Below are positions 62,586-64,000 of a DNA stretch of 64,000 nt, in pieces. The position numbers were made by a program, and so were the translations under genes. The stretch is from an uncultured virus (IMG/VR IMGVR_UViG_3300042517_001086) (taxonomy: Duplodnaviria > Heunggongvirae > Uroviricota > Caudoviricetes). The notes beneath the pieces are model-generated. The model was not told the origin of the DNA. It made no database searches and saw only the letters and a program-made list of their open reading frames with translations. Numbering within the stretch: the stretch's first letter is position 1; each line of letters opens with the position of its first letter. Location: IMG/VR virus record IMGVR_UViG_3300042517_001086; one strand, written 5' to 3'.

Positions 62586-63415
62586 TAACCCTACCGGATT
62601 AAAATAACATCAAATTACTATTGTTTACTATTTAATAGTTGGAGGAGAACAATGGCATGAGTAATAATATAAAGATACTAATGCTAACAATGTTACTATT
62701 ATTCCAACGCTCCAATAAACTAATGTATAATTCATAAAGCACCTCATTTGTTAATTGTAAAAGTTTCTGTATCTGCCTTATCAGTTTTACTAATTTTACT
62801 CTTGCGAGTCATTTTAGTAATACGTCCACGACGATCATCATGAGAAGATTCTAAGAAACATTTATCTTCATGGTTGTCATGAAAACCCTTGAATCTCCAG
62901 TCATAACTTTTGATAATATCTTCTGGCTTAGTAGAGTGATCATATATTTCACCCTCTACCTCAAAAGAAATTATTCTATGAAAAGTTTTAGGCATGATAA
63001 TGCTCCTCTTCTGTGAGAGTAGCAGGCCCATTAAAATCTTCCCAATTTTCCACCAGAACTTCTGGCGCTTCTTTCCGTATCTCAGATTCTAAGGCATAAT
63101 TAGATTCTTTGTCTTTCTCATGCTGAAGATAGTCTCTTAACCTATCTTTGATCTGCATGAAATCTAATTCACCCAAGATCTGGTCAATATACTTTCTCTG
63201 AATTTCCTTACGATTACTTTCACCGATATATCTAGCACGCATAAATCACCTCATGGTTTAAAAGTTAAAAACACTTTTGCCCATGATTCCCTTAGTCCCG
63301 CATTTGTCTCACCATATGCTTGACTATTGGCTCCGTTGACTCCTGTATTATACCATGATGGGGTGGTGCATGGAAATGTTATTTCTTATTTGTATTTTTT
63401 AACTGACCCCCATTG

Positions 63416-63463
63416 TTCGCTGACTATCGCCACGGTCGCCAAATCTGAAAGATTAGATGATAC
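63416..63463. repeat. 48-bp dispersed repeat, copy 4
   Basis: same consensus, preceded by TTTTTTAACTGACCC at the same offset as copy 3. Confidence 0.85.
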
Positions 63464-64000
63464 AAAATCAATTATCAAATAAATCATCATCAATTTGATA
63501 ATCATCAGATAAGAATTGTGTCGGACTAGATTCTGGTTCTGTCGCTCGTTTTTTAATGACAATTTCTTTTTCTTCCTGATTCAAGAACATATCACAAACT
63601 ATACTAACAGAACCAAATAAGAAGAAGAATAGAATTCCAGAAATTATGTAATATCCAGCCATAAGATCATTCATAAGATTAAGCATCACCAATAGTACAA
63701 CGTGTTGAAGTAGTTATTATTTTCTCGTGAGGAGAATTGACAGAGTATATCGATGTGCAAATAAGTTAATAACTAACCTTGGATTTGACAGTAACCAGAG
63801 ACAAGACCCATACAAACACCAAATACAAGGCAAACTTCTAGCATATAATCTCCCAAAGTTAGAGGATAGAACAACCACAAAATATTCCACCAATAGCAAC
63901 AAGCTAGCTGGGGAAAAGAACTTGACAGATACCCTGAATTGGATTATATATTATGCAGGTGCGGAGGTGATATATACTATACATACTAATAACACCAACC

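Noticed and set aside
61288..63463. 48-bp repeats as a CRISPR array
   Set aside because: Intervals of 250-900 bp contain genes, repeats are internally variable, and no cas genes are in the window
1..64000. Stop-codon reassignment
   Set aside because: Long conserved genes are intact in the standard code, TAA/TAG/TGA all end genes, and no suppressor tRNA was seen

Overview
This is a 64-kb segment of a large, AT-rich tailed-phage genome with almost all genes on the - strand. The host may be GC-richer and planctomycete-like, but that is inference only. (1) 1-14.2 kb: a dense glycan-biosynthesis island with a DegT aminotransferase, methyltransferases, HAD phosphatase, ATP-grasp enzyme, UDP-galactopyranose mutase, and GT31/Fringe-, GT2-, HtrL- and Gnt1/GT60-like transferases. 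(2) 14.6-21.2 kb: S8 and S1 proteases, an HNH nuclease, three Thr/Pro-rich mucin-like proteins and an actin-fold ATPase. (3) 21-47 kb: recombination, repair and replication genes (RuvB, an unusual Zn-ribbon/RuvA-C protein, RepB-type primase, rIIA/rIIB, DNA ligase, UvsE, ThyX, glycosylase, deaminase, several HNH/EndoVII nucleases). This block also holds a tmRNA, tRNA-Leu(UAA) split by a group I intron, tRNA-Ile(UAU) and an unclassified tRNA-like RNA. (4) 47-64 kb: many small early-type hypothetical genes behind strong sigma70 promoters, tRNA-Gly(UCC), an unclassified structured RNA, and four ungapped copies of a 48-bp intergenic repeat. The best candidates for undescribed biology are a phage mucin-type O-glycosylation system with its own substrates, the 48-bp repeat array, the re-wired RuvA adaptor, the tRNA-mimic RNA, and a CGAT motif in most early-promoter spacers. 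All family calls come from reading motifs by eye; no database searches were run.
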